DNA from: Mayamaea pseudoterrestris
Lineage: Eukaryota
Direction: 5' to 3'
Assembly: GCA_027923505.1 (NCBI GenBank)
Contig: BROI01000026.1
Coordinates: forward strand, 186,001 to 250,000
Length of the DNA: 64,000 nucleotides
The translations under genes and the position numbers were made by a program. The notes under the pieces were generated by a model. The model did no database searches. It was not told the DNA's origin and saw only the letters and a list, made by a program, of their open reading frames with translations. Below are positions 46,101-56,636 of this stretch, piece by piece. The stretch's first letter is position 1, and the number at the start of each line of letters is the position of its first letter.

Positions 46101-49100
46101 GACCCCATAAGACAACCAAAATGGACTTGACCAATGAATGGGACTCATAGGCTTGTCCATTTGGGTGTGGAAGCCATCACTATGCCCTGAGACTCCGCAC
46201 ATTCAACCAATGGTTGAATGTGCCAGCCCTGCTCCCTTTTTGGCTGCAGGAATCATCAGCATTGCCCGCTGAGCCCTCCAATTTCTTTCAAATCATGTTT
46301 GTTGTCAATGATAGGCCCTAAGTTGGTCAGCTGCACCTCAGCATCCATCACCATGTATGCCACAGAGAGACTGAGCAGAATCAACAACTTGTTGGATCTG
46401 CTAGCAGTGCACCTCAAGTGGCAAGTGAGACTTCCAAAATGGCCTGCAGACCCCATAAGACAACCAAAATGGACTTGACCAATGAATGGGACTCATAGAC
46501 TTGTCCATTTGGGCATGGAAGCCATCACTATGCCCTGAAACTCCGCACATTCAACCAATGGTTGAATGCGCCAGCCCTGCTCCCTTTTTGGCTGCAGGAA
46601 TCATCAGCATTGCCCGCTGAGCCATCCAATTTCTTTCAATTTCATGTTGGTTGTCAATGATAGGCCCTAAGTTGGTCAGCTTCACCTCAGCATCCATCAC
46701 CATGTACACCACGGTGAGAAACTTGTTGGATCTGCTAGCGGTGCACCTCAAGTGGCAAGTGAGACTTCCAAAATGGCCTGCAGACCCCATAAGACAACCC
46801 TTATGGACTTGAACAATGAATGGGTTTCATAGACTTGTCCATTTGGGTGTGGAAGCCATCACTATGCCCTGAGACTCCGCACATTCAACCAATGGTTGAA
46901 TGTGCCAGCCCTGCTCCCTTTTTAGCTGCATGAATCATCAGCATTGCCTGCTGAGCCCTCCAATTTCTTTCAAATCATGTTGGTTGTCAATGATAGGCCC
47001 TAAGTTGGTCAGCTGCACCTCAGCATCCATCACCATGTCGCCCGGTAAGAGACTGAGCAGATCAACAACTTGTTGGATCTGCTCACTGCACCCCTCAAGT
47101 GGCAAGTGAGACTTCCAAAATGGCCTGCAGACCCCATAATACAACCAATATGGACATGAACATTGTTTGGGACTCATAGACTTTTCCCCATTTGGGCCGT
47201 GGGACCCATCACTGCCCTATGGACTCTACCCCGAACTCCGCACAACCAATGGTTGAATGCGCCAGCCGCTCCCTTTTTGGCTGCAGGAATCATCAGCATT
47301 GCCCGCTGAGCCGTCCAATTTCTTTCAAATCATGTTTGTTGTCAATGATGGGCCATAAGTTGGTCAGCTGCACTCAGCATCCATCACCATTCGCCCACCA
47401 CGGTGACGGCGATTCAGCAACTTGTTGGATCTGCTAGCGGTGCACCTCAGGCAAGTGAGACTTCCAAATGGCCTGCAGACCCCATAACCAACTGTCACAT
47501 CAACTTACAGTAAGACATCAATGCCCAACACTCTGCCATCAACACAATTGATGTCAAGACTTGTCCTAATTTGTGGATAGTCATCGTAAGCATCTGCCCC
47601 TGAGTCCCATGGTTGATTGGCACTCCTTTTGCTGCAGTGATCATCAGCATTCCCGCGCTGAGCCCTCCAATTTCTTTCTATCATGTTTGTTGTTGTCAAT
47701 GGGCCGTAGGTTGGTGTCAGCTGCACAGCATCCATCACCATTATTGCACAGCGGTGAGACTGAGCAGATTCAACAACTTGTTGGATCTGCTAGCAGTGCA
47801 CCTCCTTCGGGCAAGTGAGACTTCCCAAAATGGGCCTGCAGACCCCATAAGAAACAACCAACATGAGCTTGATTGCCTCATAACTTGTCCATTGGCAGAT
47901 CACTATGTTTGAGACTCACACATCAACCAACATGGTTGAATGTGCCAGCCCTGCCCTCTGCTCTCTTTTTGGCTGCAGGGATAATTTCAGCGTACTGCCC
48001 GTGAGCCCTCCCACTTTTTCTTTTCAAATCATGTTTGTTGTCATTGGTAGGGCCCTAAGTTGGTCATCCACCTCTGGGGCAGCACCACATGACACCAGTT
48101 CCAGGAAAAGTTGGAGCTGCTAGCGGTACACCTCAAGTGGCAAGTGAGACTTCAAAATGGCCTGCAGACCCCATAAGACAACCAATATTCGACCTGAGGA
48201 CTATACTCCATTATCCTATCCACTTCCCAATTTTGGATTGCACTACTCCCTCGGCACATTCAACCATTTGCGTGCCAGCCTTTGAGGAATCATCCATTGC
48301 CTGCTGGGCCCTAATTTCTTTTTCAAACCATGTAGTCATTAGTGGGCCCTAAGTTGGTCATTGTGCTCCCTCCAGCATCCATCACCATGTATACCACAGA
48401 AAGAATCAACTTGTTGGATCTGCTACAGTACCTCAAAGTGTAAGTGGAAGCTTAGACTATGGACAAATGGCCTGCAACTGACCCCATAAGACAACCAAAA
48501 TGGACTTGACCATTGTCTGGGCTCATAGACTTGTCCATTTGGGCATGAAGCCAATCACTATGCCCTGAGAACTCCACACATCCAACCAATGGTTGAATGC
48601 GCCAGTCCCTGCTCCCTTTTTGGCTGCAGGAATCATCAGCATTGCCCGCTGAGCCCTCCAATTTTTCTTTCAATCATGTTTTTGTCAATGATGGGCCCTA
48701 AGTTGGTCAGCTTCACCTCAGCATCCATCTGCAAACACCACGGTATGCACTTGTTGGATCTGCTGCGAGTGCACCTCAAGTGGTAAGTGAGACTTCCCAA
48801 AGGCCGCAGACCCCATAAGACAACCAACAGGACTTGAACATTGATTGGGTCTCATAGACTTGTCCATTTAAAGGTGGAAGCCATCACTATGCCGTGAGCC
48901 TCCGCACATCTAACTAATGGTTGAATGTGCCAGCCCTCTGCCGTTTTGGCTTGCAGGAATCATCAGCATTGCCCCGCTGAGCCCTCCAATTCTTTCAAAT
49001 CATGTTTGTTGTCAATGATGGGCCCTAAGTTGGTCAGCTGCATCTCAGCATCCATCACCATATACGCCACAGAAGATCCTGGATCTGCACCAGTTTCCAC

Positions 49101-52100
49101 ACCCAAGGGCAGTGAGACTTAAATTTAATGGCTCAGACCCCATAAGACAACCAATATGGACTTGAACATTGTTTGGGACTATAGACTTGTCCATTTGGGT
49201 GTGGAAGCCATCACTATGCCCTGAGACTCTGCACATCCAACCAATGGTTGAATGTGCCAGCCCTGCTCCCTTTTTGGCTGCAGGAATCATCAGCATTGCC
49301 TGCTGAGCCCTCCAATTTCTTTCAAATCATGTTTGTTGTCAATGATGGGCCCTGAGTTGGTAAGTTGCACCTCAGCATCCATCACCATGTATGCCACAGA
49401 GAAACTGAGCAGATTCAACAACTTGTTGGATCTGCTAGCGGTGCACCTCAAGTGGCAAGTGAGACTTCCAAATGGCCTGCAGACCCCATAATACAACCAA
49501 TATGGATGAACAAATTGATTGGTTTTCATAGACTTGTCCATTTTGGCGTGGAAGCCATCACCATGCCCTGATACTCCGCACATTCAACCAATGGTTGAAT
49601 GTGCCAGCCCTGCTCCCTTTTGGCTGCAGGAATCATCAGCATTGCCTGCTGAGCCCTCCAATTTCTTTCAAATCATGTTTGTTGTCAATGATGGGCCCTA
49701 AGTTGGTCAGCTGCACCTCAGCATCCATCACCATGTACACCACAGTAAGAAAACTTGTTGGATCTGCTAGCAGTGCACCTCAAGTGGCAAGTGAGACTTC
49801 CGAAATGGCCTGCAGACCCTATAATACAACCAAAATGGACTTGAACATTGTTTGGGATGCATAGACTTGTCTATTTTGGCGTGGAAGCCATCACTATGCC
49901 CTGAGACTCCGCACATCCAACCAATGGTTGAATGTGCCAGCCCTGCTCCCCATTTGGCTGCAGGGATCATCAGCATTGCCTGCTGAGCCCTCCAATTTCT
50001 TTCAAATCATGTTGTTCTCAATGATGGCCATAAGTTGGTCAGCTGCACCTCAGCATCCGTCACCATGTATGCTACGGTGAGACTGAGCAGATTCAACAAC
50101 TTGTTGGATCTGCTAGCGGTGCACCTAAAGTGGCAAGTGATTCTTCCAAATTGGCCTGCAGACCCCATAAGACAACCAATATGGACTTGAACATTGATTG
50201 TGACTCGTAGACTTGTCTATTTGGGTGTGGAAGCCATCACTATGCCCTGATACTCCGCACATTCAATCAATGGTTGAATGTGCCAGCCCTGCTCCCTTTT
50301 TGGCTGCATGGATCATCAGCATTGCCTGCTGAGCCCTCCAATTTCTTTCAAATCATGTTGTTCTCAATGATGGCCATAAGTGGGTCAGTTGCACCTCAGC
50401 ATCCATCACCATGTACGCCACAGTGAGACTGAGCAGATCCAACAACTTGTTGGATCTGCTAGTGGTGCACCTCAAGTGGCAAGTGAGACTTCCAAAATGG
50501 CTTGCAGACCCCATACGACAACCCATATGGACTTGAACATTGATTGGGACTCATAGACTTGTCCATTTGGGCAGGGAAGCCATCACTATGCCCTGAGACT
50601 CCACACATTCAACCAATGGTTGAATGTGCCAGCCCTGCTACCTTTTTGGCTGCAAAGATCATCAGCATTGCCCGCTGAGTGGTCCAATTTCTTTTAATTC
50701 ATGTTGTTTTCAATGATGGGCCATAAGTTGGTCAGCTGCACCTCAGCATCCATCACCATGTATGCCACGGTGAGACTGAGCAGACTCAACAACTAGTTGG
50801 ATCTGCTAGCGGTGCACCTCAAGTGGCAAAAATGGCCTGCAGACCCCATAATACAACCAATATGGACTTCAACAATGAATGGGACTTGTAGACTTGTCCA
50901 TTTGGGCGTGGAAGCCATCACTATGCGCTGAGACTCCGCACATTCAACCAATGGTTGAATGTGCCAGCCCTGCTCCCTTTTTGGCTGCATGGGTCATTAG
51001 CATTGCCCGCTGAGCCATCCAATATCTTACCAATCATGTTGTTCTCAATGATGGCCATAAGTTGGTCAGTTGCACCTCAGCATCCATCACCATGTACGCC
51101 ACAATGAGACTGAGCAGATTCAACAACTTGTTGGATCTGCTAGCGGTGCACCTCAAGTGGCAAGTGAGACTTCCAAAATGGCCTGCAGACCCCATAAGAC
51201 AACCAATATGGACATGAACATTGTTTGGGACTCATAGACTTGTCCATTTTGGCGTGGAAGCCATCACTATGCCCTGAGACGCTGCACATTCAATCAATGG
51301 TTGAATGTGCCAGCCCTGCTCCCTTTTTGGCTGCATGGATCATCAGCATTGCCCGCTGAGCCCTCCAATTTCTTTCAAATCATGTTTGTTGTCAATGATG
51401 GGCCATAAGTTGGCCAGTTGCACCTCAGCATCCATCACCATGTACGCCACAGTGAGACTGGGCAGATCCAACAACTTGTTGGATCTGCTAGCAGTGCACC
51501 TCAAGTGGCAAGTGAGACTTCCAAAATGGCCTGCAGACCCCATAAGAACAACCAATATGGACTTGAACATTGTTTGGGACTCATAGACTTGTCCATTTGG
51601 GCATGGAAGCCATCACTATGCCCTGAGACTCCGCACATTCAACCAATGGTTGAATGTGCCAGCCCTGCTCCCTTTTTGGCTGCAGGAATCATCAGCATTG
51701 CCCGCTGAGCCCTCCAATTTCTTTCAAATCATGTTGTTGTCAATGATGGCCATAAGTTGGTCAGCTGCACCTCAGCATCCATCACCATGTACACCACGGT
51801 GAGACTGAGCAGATTCAACAACTTGTTGAATCTGCTAGCGGTGCACCTCAAGTGGCAAGTGAGACTTTCAAAACGGCAAGCAGACCCCATAATACACTCA
51901 ATATGGACTTGAACATTGAAACGGACTCGTAGACTTGTCCATTTGGGCATGGAAGCCATCACTATGCCCTGAGACTCCGCACATTCAACCAATAGTTGCA
52001 TGTATAAGCCCTGCTCCCTCTTAGGCTGCAGGGATCATCAGCATTGCCCGCTGAGCCCTCCAATTTCTTTCAAATCATGTTGTTCTCAATGATGGGCATA

Positions 52101-52483
52101 AGATGGTCAATTGCACCTCAGCATCCATCACCATGTATGCCATGGTGAGACTGAGCAGATTCAACAACTTGTTGGATCTGCTTGTGGTGCACCTCAAGTG
52201 GCAAGTGAGACTTCCAGATTGGCCTGCAGACCCCATACTACAACCAATATCGACTTGAATAATGAATGGGACTCGTAGACTTGTCCATTTGGGTGTGGAA
52301 GCCATCACTATGCCCTGAGACTCCGCACATTCAACCAATGGTTGAATGTGCCAGCCCTGCTCCCTTTTTGGCTGCAGGGATCATCAGCATTGCCCGCTGA
52401 GACCTTCAATTTCTGTTAATGATGGGCCATAAGTTGGTCAGTTGCACTTCAGCATCCATCACCATGTATGCCACGGTGAGACT
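40140..52483. repeat. Tandem satellite with 348-bp unit (Sat348, a dimer of ~174-bp subunits), about 35 copies
   Basis: Equivalent positions at 45174, 45522, 45870 and 46218 give a 348-bp period; two homologous palindromes per unit. Confidence 0.97.
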
Positions 52484-53510
52484 TTGGGAAGGCAAGGGCC
52501 ACTTTGTAACCAGCTCCATGGTGCTACAGTGTGTGGCTTTCAAAGACTACCCCCAATTGTCTTGCTCCATGAATTTAGTTTTGGCTATGCTTGGGGTCAC
52601 GTATGTGGTGAGATTGGTGCGCTGCAATCTTTGCAGCTCATGTGTAGCATTGGTTATTTAGGAGGGCAAAGGTCCACTCTGTAACCAGCTCAATGGTGCT
52701 ACAGTGTGTGGCCTTCAAAGACTACCCCCAATAGTCTTGCTCCATGAATCATGTCCTGGCTATGCTTGGGAACATGTATGCGGTGAGATTGGTCCATTAC
52801 AATCATTTGCAGCTCATGTTAAACATTAATTGTTTGGGAGGGCAAATGCCAACACTGTAACCAACTCCGTGGTGCTACAGTGTGTAGCCTTTAAAGACTA
52901 CCTGCAATAGTCTTGCTCCATGAATTATGTTCTGGCTATGCTTGGGGACACATATGCGGTGAGATTGGTGCATCACAATCATTTGCAGCTCATGTGTAGC
53001 ATTGGTTGTTTGGGAGGGCAAAGGTCCACACTGTAACCAGCTCCATGGTGCTACAGTGTGTGGCCTTCAAAGACTACCCCTAATTGTCTTGCTCCATGAA
53101 TTCAGTTTTGGCTATGCTTGGAGGCACATATGTGCGGAGATTGGTGCATTGCAATCATTTGCAGTTCATGTGTAGCATTGGTTGTTTGGGAGGGCAAAGG
53201 TCCACACTGTAACCAGCTCCATGGTGCTACAGTGTGTGGCCTTCAAAGACTACCCCCAATAGTCTTGCTCCAAGAATTATGTTCTGGCTATGCTTGGGGA
53301 CACATATGCGGTGAGATTGGTCCATCACAATCATTCGCAGCTCATGTGTAGTATCAGTTGTTTGGGAGGGCAAAGGTCCACACAGTAATCATCTCCATGG
53401 TGCTACAGTGTGGCCATCAAAGACTATCCCCCATAGTCTTGCTCCATGAATTCAGTTATGGCTATGTTTGGGGTAATGCATGCAGTGAGATTGGTGCACA
53501 ACAATTCTTT
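52484..53510. repeat. Tandem satellite with 176-bp monomer (Sat176), about 6 copies
   Basis: ggagggcaaa at 52661, 52837, 53013, 53189 and 53365. Internal inverted repeats cacactgta...tacagtgtg and aagacta...tagtctt. Confidence 0.95.
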
Positions 53511-53870
53511 TTTTCAACGTGTGCTACAAGTAAAGTTGACTTGCTGGTGTCTATGCGGACTGCAATGTGATTGGTGATAATGTGTCACCAGTGTCAGCCA
53601 GCAGCTGCAATGCCTTTCAAATGCCCATACCTTGAGCCATGTGTATGCCTAATTCAAGTCTGAATGATGCCAACATCTTTGTTTAAGATGCGCTACAAGA
53701 AAAATTGACTGGCTGGTCCCGTGGTTGACTGCAATGTGATTGGTGACAACTTGTCACCAATCTCAGCCAGCAGATGCCGTAATTTTCAAAAGCCCATACC
53801 TTGAGCCAAGCATATTCCCAAATCAAGCCAGAATGGTGCTAACATCCTTAGTTAGGCTGCGCTACAAGAT
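53510..53870. repeat. About 2 copies of Sat169 (same family and orientation as 6360-8830)
   Basis: ctgcaatgtgattggtgacaacttgtcacca, gcctttcaaatgcccatacc and aaatcaagccagaatggtgctaacatcctta are shared with the 6.4-8.8 kb array. Confidence 0.92.
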
Positions 53871-53876
53871 GGTACT

Positions 53877-53978
53877 GCTGACAACACCGCATCCTGTCTG
53901 CTCTGCGAAACTAAGCAGCGCCTGGCCCGCTTAGTACTAGGCTGGAGTCCATGTTGGAATCCCAGGTGTTCTTGTTTT
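53877..53978 (+). pseudogene. 5'-truncated 5S rRNA copy 1
   Basis: gctgacaacaccgcatcctgtctgctctgcgaaactaagcagcgcctgg...gttggaatcccaggtgttcttgtttt aligns to the gene at 10525-10642; the first ~16 nt are absent. Confidence 0.9.
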
Positions 53979-54614
53979 AATGTTTGTATTTCTCATACCG
54001 GCAGCCGGTCTGTTGAATGCTCCTTATCATAAGTGGCATTCATGGATCAATTTCGGCCATTGTAGCGGTTGAAGGGCAGCTCTCCGTCGTTAATTTTGAT
54101 GCCACCAGCGACTATCGTGATTTGCTACCAATGCCTCCTCAACACAGTGACGGGCCAAGTTGCGCCGAAGAAGGTATTTGGGAGTTTGCCAGGAACCATG
54201 AGATTTCTACAAGCTACCAAAGCGCTGGAATAATTGATGTGGCAATAAGGAGGTTGGTTAATTAGGTGCTTGTTTTTGATGTGCTACAAATATGGCAATC
54301 GTGCCCGCTCGCAACGACGCACGTTGACCTTTATTACTCGAAACGCTAATTGGACATGCCCGCAGTGCAAAGTTATGTAACAAGCTTCACGTTCTGCACT
54401 CGAGCTGCATCTTCTTTTTTAAGCTTAACTGCGTCCTGCGGCGAATGCGAGGCGAATTGAAACGAAAAATCTGTAGTCACTAACAACATATGATCCGTAG
54501 TTGGTACATTCCGCACAATCTGCAACCAAATAATTACCTTGAGCCAAGCATATTCCCAAATCAAGCCAGAATGGTGCTAACATCCTTAGTTAGGCTGCGC
54601 TACAAGATGGTACT

Positions 54615-54716
54615 GCTGACAACACCGCATCCCGTCTGCTCTGCGAAATTAAGCAGCGCCTGGCCCGCTTATTTCTAGGCAGGGGACCATGTTGGAATCC
54701 CAGGTGAACTTGTTTT
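54615..54716 (+). pseudogene. 5'-truncated 5S rRNA copy 2
   Basis: Same alignment as copy 1 with partly different substitutions; ends in TTTT. Confidence 0.9.
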
Positions 54717-55290
54717 ATTGTTTATATTTCTCATACCGGCAGCCGGTCTGTTGAATGCTCCTTATCATAAGCGGCATTCATTCTCCGTCGTTAATTTTGG
54801 TGCCGCCAGCGACGATCGTGATTTGCTACCAATGCCTCCTCAACCCAGTGACGTGCCAAGTTGCGCCGAAGAAAGTGTTTGGAAGTTTGCCAGGAACCAT
54901 GAGATTTCTACAAGCTACCAAAGCGCTGAAATAAATGATGTGGCAATAAGGAGGGCTATTGGTTAATCAGCTGCTTGTTTTTGATGTGCTACAAATATCG
55001 CAATTGTGCCCGCTCGCCACGACGCACGTTGACCTTATTACTCGAAACGTTAATTGAACATGCCCGCATTACCAAAGCTATGTAAAAAGCTTCACGTTCT
55101 GCACTCGAGCTGCATCTTCAAGCTTAACTGCGTCCTGCGGCGAATGCGAGGCGAATTGAAACGAAAAATCTGTAGTCACTGACAACATATGACGTAGTTG
55201 GTACATTGCGCACAATCTGCAACCAAATAATTCTTGCCAAATTTAATCAAACGCAAGCATACCACACCTCACCCCTCCACGTGCTCGTTA

Positions 55291-56250
55291 TCAAAACTCA
55301 ATGTTCAAGTAGTCAAACAAAGTCAGGACAAACTCTGTCGGCGCGTCCAAGTAAACTGGATGTTTGCCATGCAGCTCCTTGACGGTTGCTCCAGCCTCTT
55401 CTTCGAGCCGCTTCATGTTTCGCTTGCCAGTCGCATCTAAATCTCCGTATATTGCCAGAATGGGCCACTGTATCTCCTTGATCGCTTGCATAGCATCCCC
55501 ACTCACACTCGCAACGGCGTTACTAGCCACTGGAATCCAGCTCTCGATGTATTGCTGCAAGTCTGTTCGTCTCTTCGAATCAGATATCCATTCCGTCACG
55601 GCACCGCCGGATGCCGAAGGTGTCACGAGCGCCGTCACTGGGAGCGCTTGCACCAGATTTGCTTCGCGCAACGCCTCCAGCACCATTTGCAGGTCAGCGG
55701 CAGTAGCCCTCACACTCAAATCTAGCGCGGTTACTTGCAAGGACGATGAAACGCTGCAAAGCAGTTTTAGTACGCCGCATCGCATCCAGTCTTCCTTGGA
55801 AAAGGCAGAGCCATGGAGCAAGAGAATCGATTGGACGGCGGAGGACGTCGACGCGGCACAGTAATAGTACGGGATCTTATCCTGCATAGAAGTATGAGTT
55901 TTTAAAACTCCTTGGACAATCTTGTGAGTCAAAGATCCAGATGAAGAGTCTTGAATCTTGTCAATGAGCGACGAATAACGCGACGCTGCTGCTGGATGTG
56001 TCTCTCTCATTGCCACGAGCAAAAATAAGATTAGTAAAACTGCCACAGGAAAGATGACACAGGAAGAATGGCGATTCGTGTGGGAATGTTGCAGTGCCAT
56101 CTGAGTCGAAGCACGCGACCGATAGCGATCGAGCAAAGGCTTGGTCATGGTCGACCTTTGTCGCTTCATTTTTTCGATCTGAGCAAAAATATGCTGTCGG
56201 ATCGGTTCTGCTTCGGCGAGGGCATAAGTGGCTTTAGCTTTTGCTTCCAT
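55291..56250 (-). CDS. ABHD14-like alpha/beta hydrolase with a TM segment
   Basis: LLLHGSAFSKEDW, ALDL, VTPSASG, IYGDLD and GKHPVYLDAP motifs. Confidence 0.85.
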   Translation of the reverse strand: MEAKAKATYALAEAEPIRQHIFAQIEKMKRQRSTMTKPLLDRYRSRASTQMALQHSHTNRHSSCVIFPVAVLLILFLLVAMRETHPAAASRYSSLIDKIQDSSSGSLTHKIVQGVLKTHTSMQDKIPYYYCAASTSSAVQSILLLHGSAFSKEDWMRCGVLKLLCSVSSSLQVTALDLSVRATAADLQMVLEALREANLVQALPVTALVTPSASGGAVTEWISDSKRRTDLQQYIESWIPVASNAVASVSGDAMQAIKEIQWPILAIYGDLDATGKRNMKRLEEEAGATVKELHGKHPVYLDAPTEFVLTLFDYLNIEF

Positions 56251-56636
56251 GCCAATATGACGCGCGCCAATTAAAAATATACCGTGTACTACTTAGCCTG
56301 TGGTGGTCACCGTGCTCACTACGCGCTTCTACTATCGCCACTCGGAACTCGAGTAGTATGAATACCGTACGTTTTCGTCGGCAAAGAACCGCAATTACAA
56401 GAACCTTGCTTGCACGAATATGATACAGTACGTACATACCGGCAGTAAGCTAAAAGCTGCATTAAAATAAATGGAGCAATCGTTTATCTTTATATAACGC
56501 ATACTGTATGTACACTGATCTATGGTATGGTGCCGATAGCCGGTGGTTCGACAGTTCTTCTAGGCCGTCCGCAGAGTTGCGCGAACTGTGTATTGTGTAT
56601 TTGCATACCGGTAGAGCACTACACGTATCTGCCAAT

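Larger units (their letters stand above)
53797..55232. repeat. Tandem duplication (53797-54534 and 54535-55232) of a Sat169 fragment + 5S + unique tail cassette
   Basis: Both copies begin taccttgagccaagcatattccc and end ctgcaaccaaataatt; the second has small deletions. Confidence 0.92.

Noticed and set aside
40140..52483. CRISPR-like or integron-like array (palindromic repeats at regular spacing)
   Set aside because: The sequence between palindromes is itself repeated, so there are no unique spacers or cassettes. No cas or integrase gene is present and the context is eukaryotic.
40155..53570. Recurrent 60-150-aa ORFs (MCQPCSLFGC..., MGSAGHFGSL...) as a peptide gene family
   Set aside because: They are by-products of the satellite. 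Indels do not respect frame, stops occur in every frame, and both strands give similar ORFs.
54290..54380. WTCPQCK zinc-knuckle-like peptide in the tail of the 5S cassette
   Set aside because: It is very short, has no second Cys pair, and is disrupted in the second copy.
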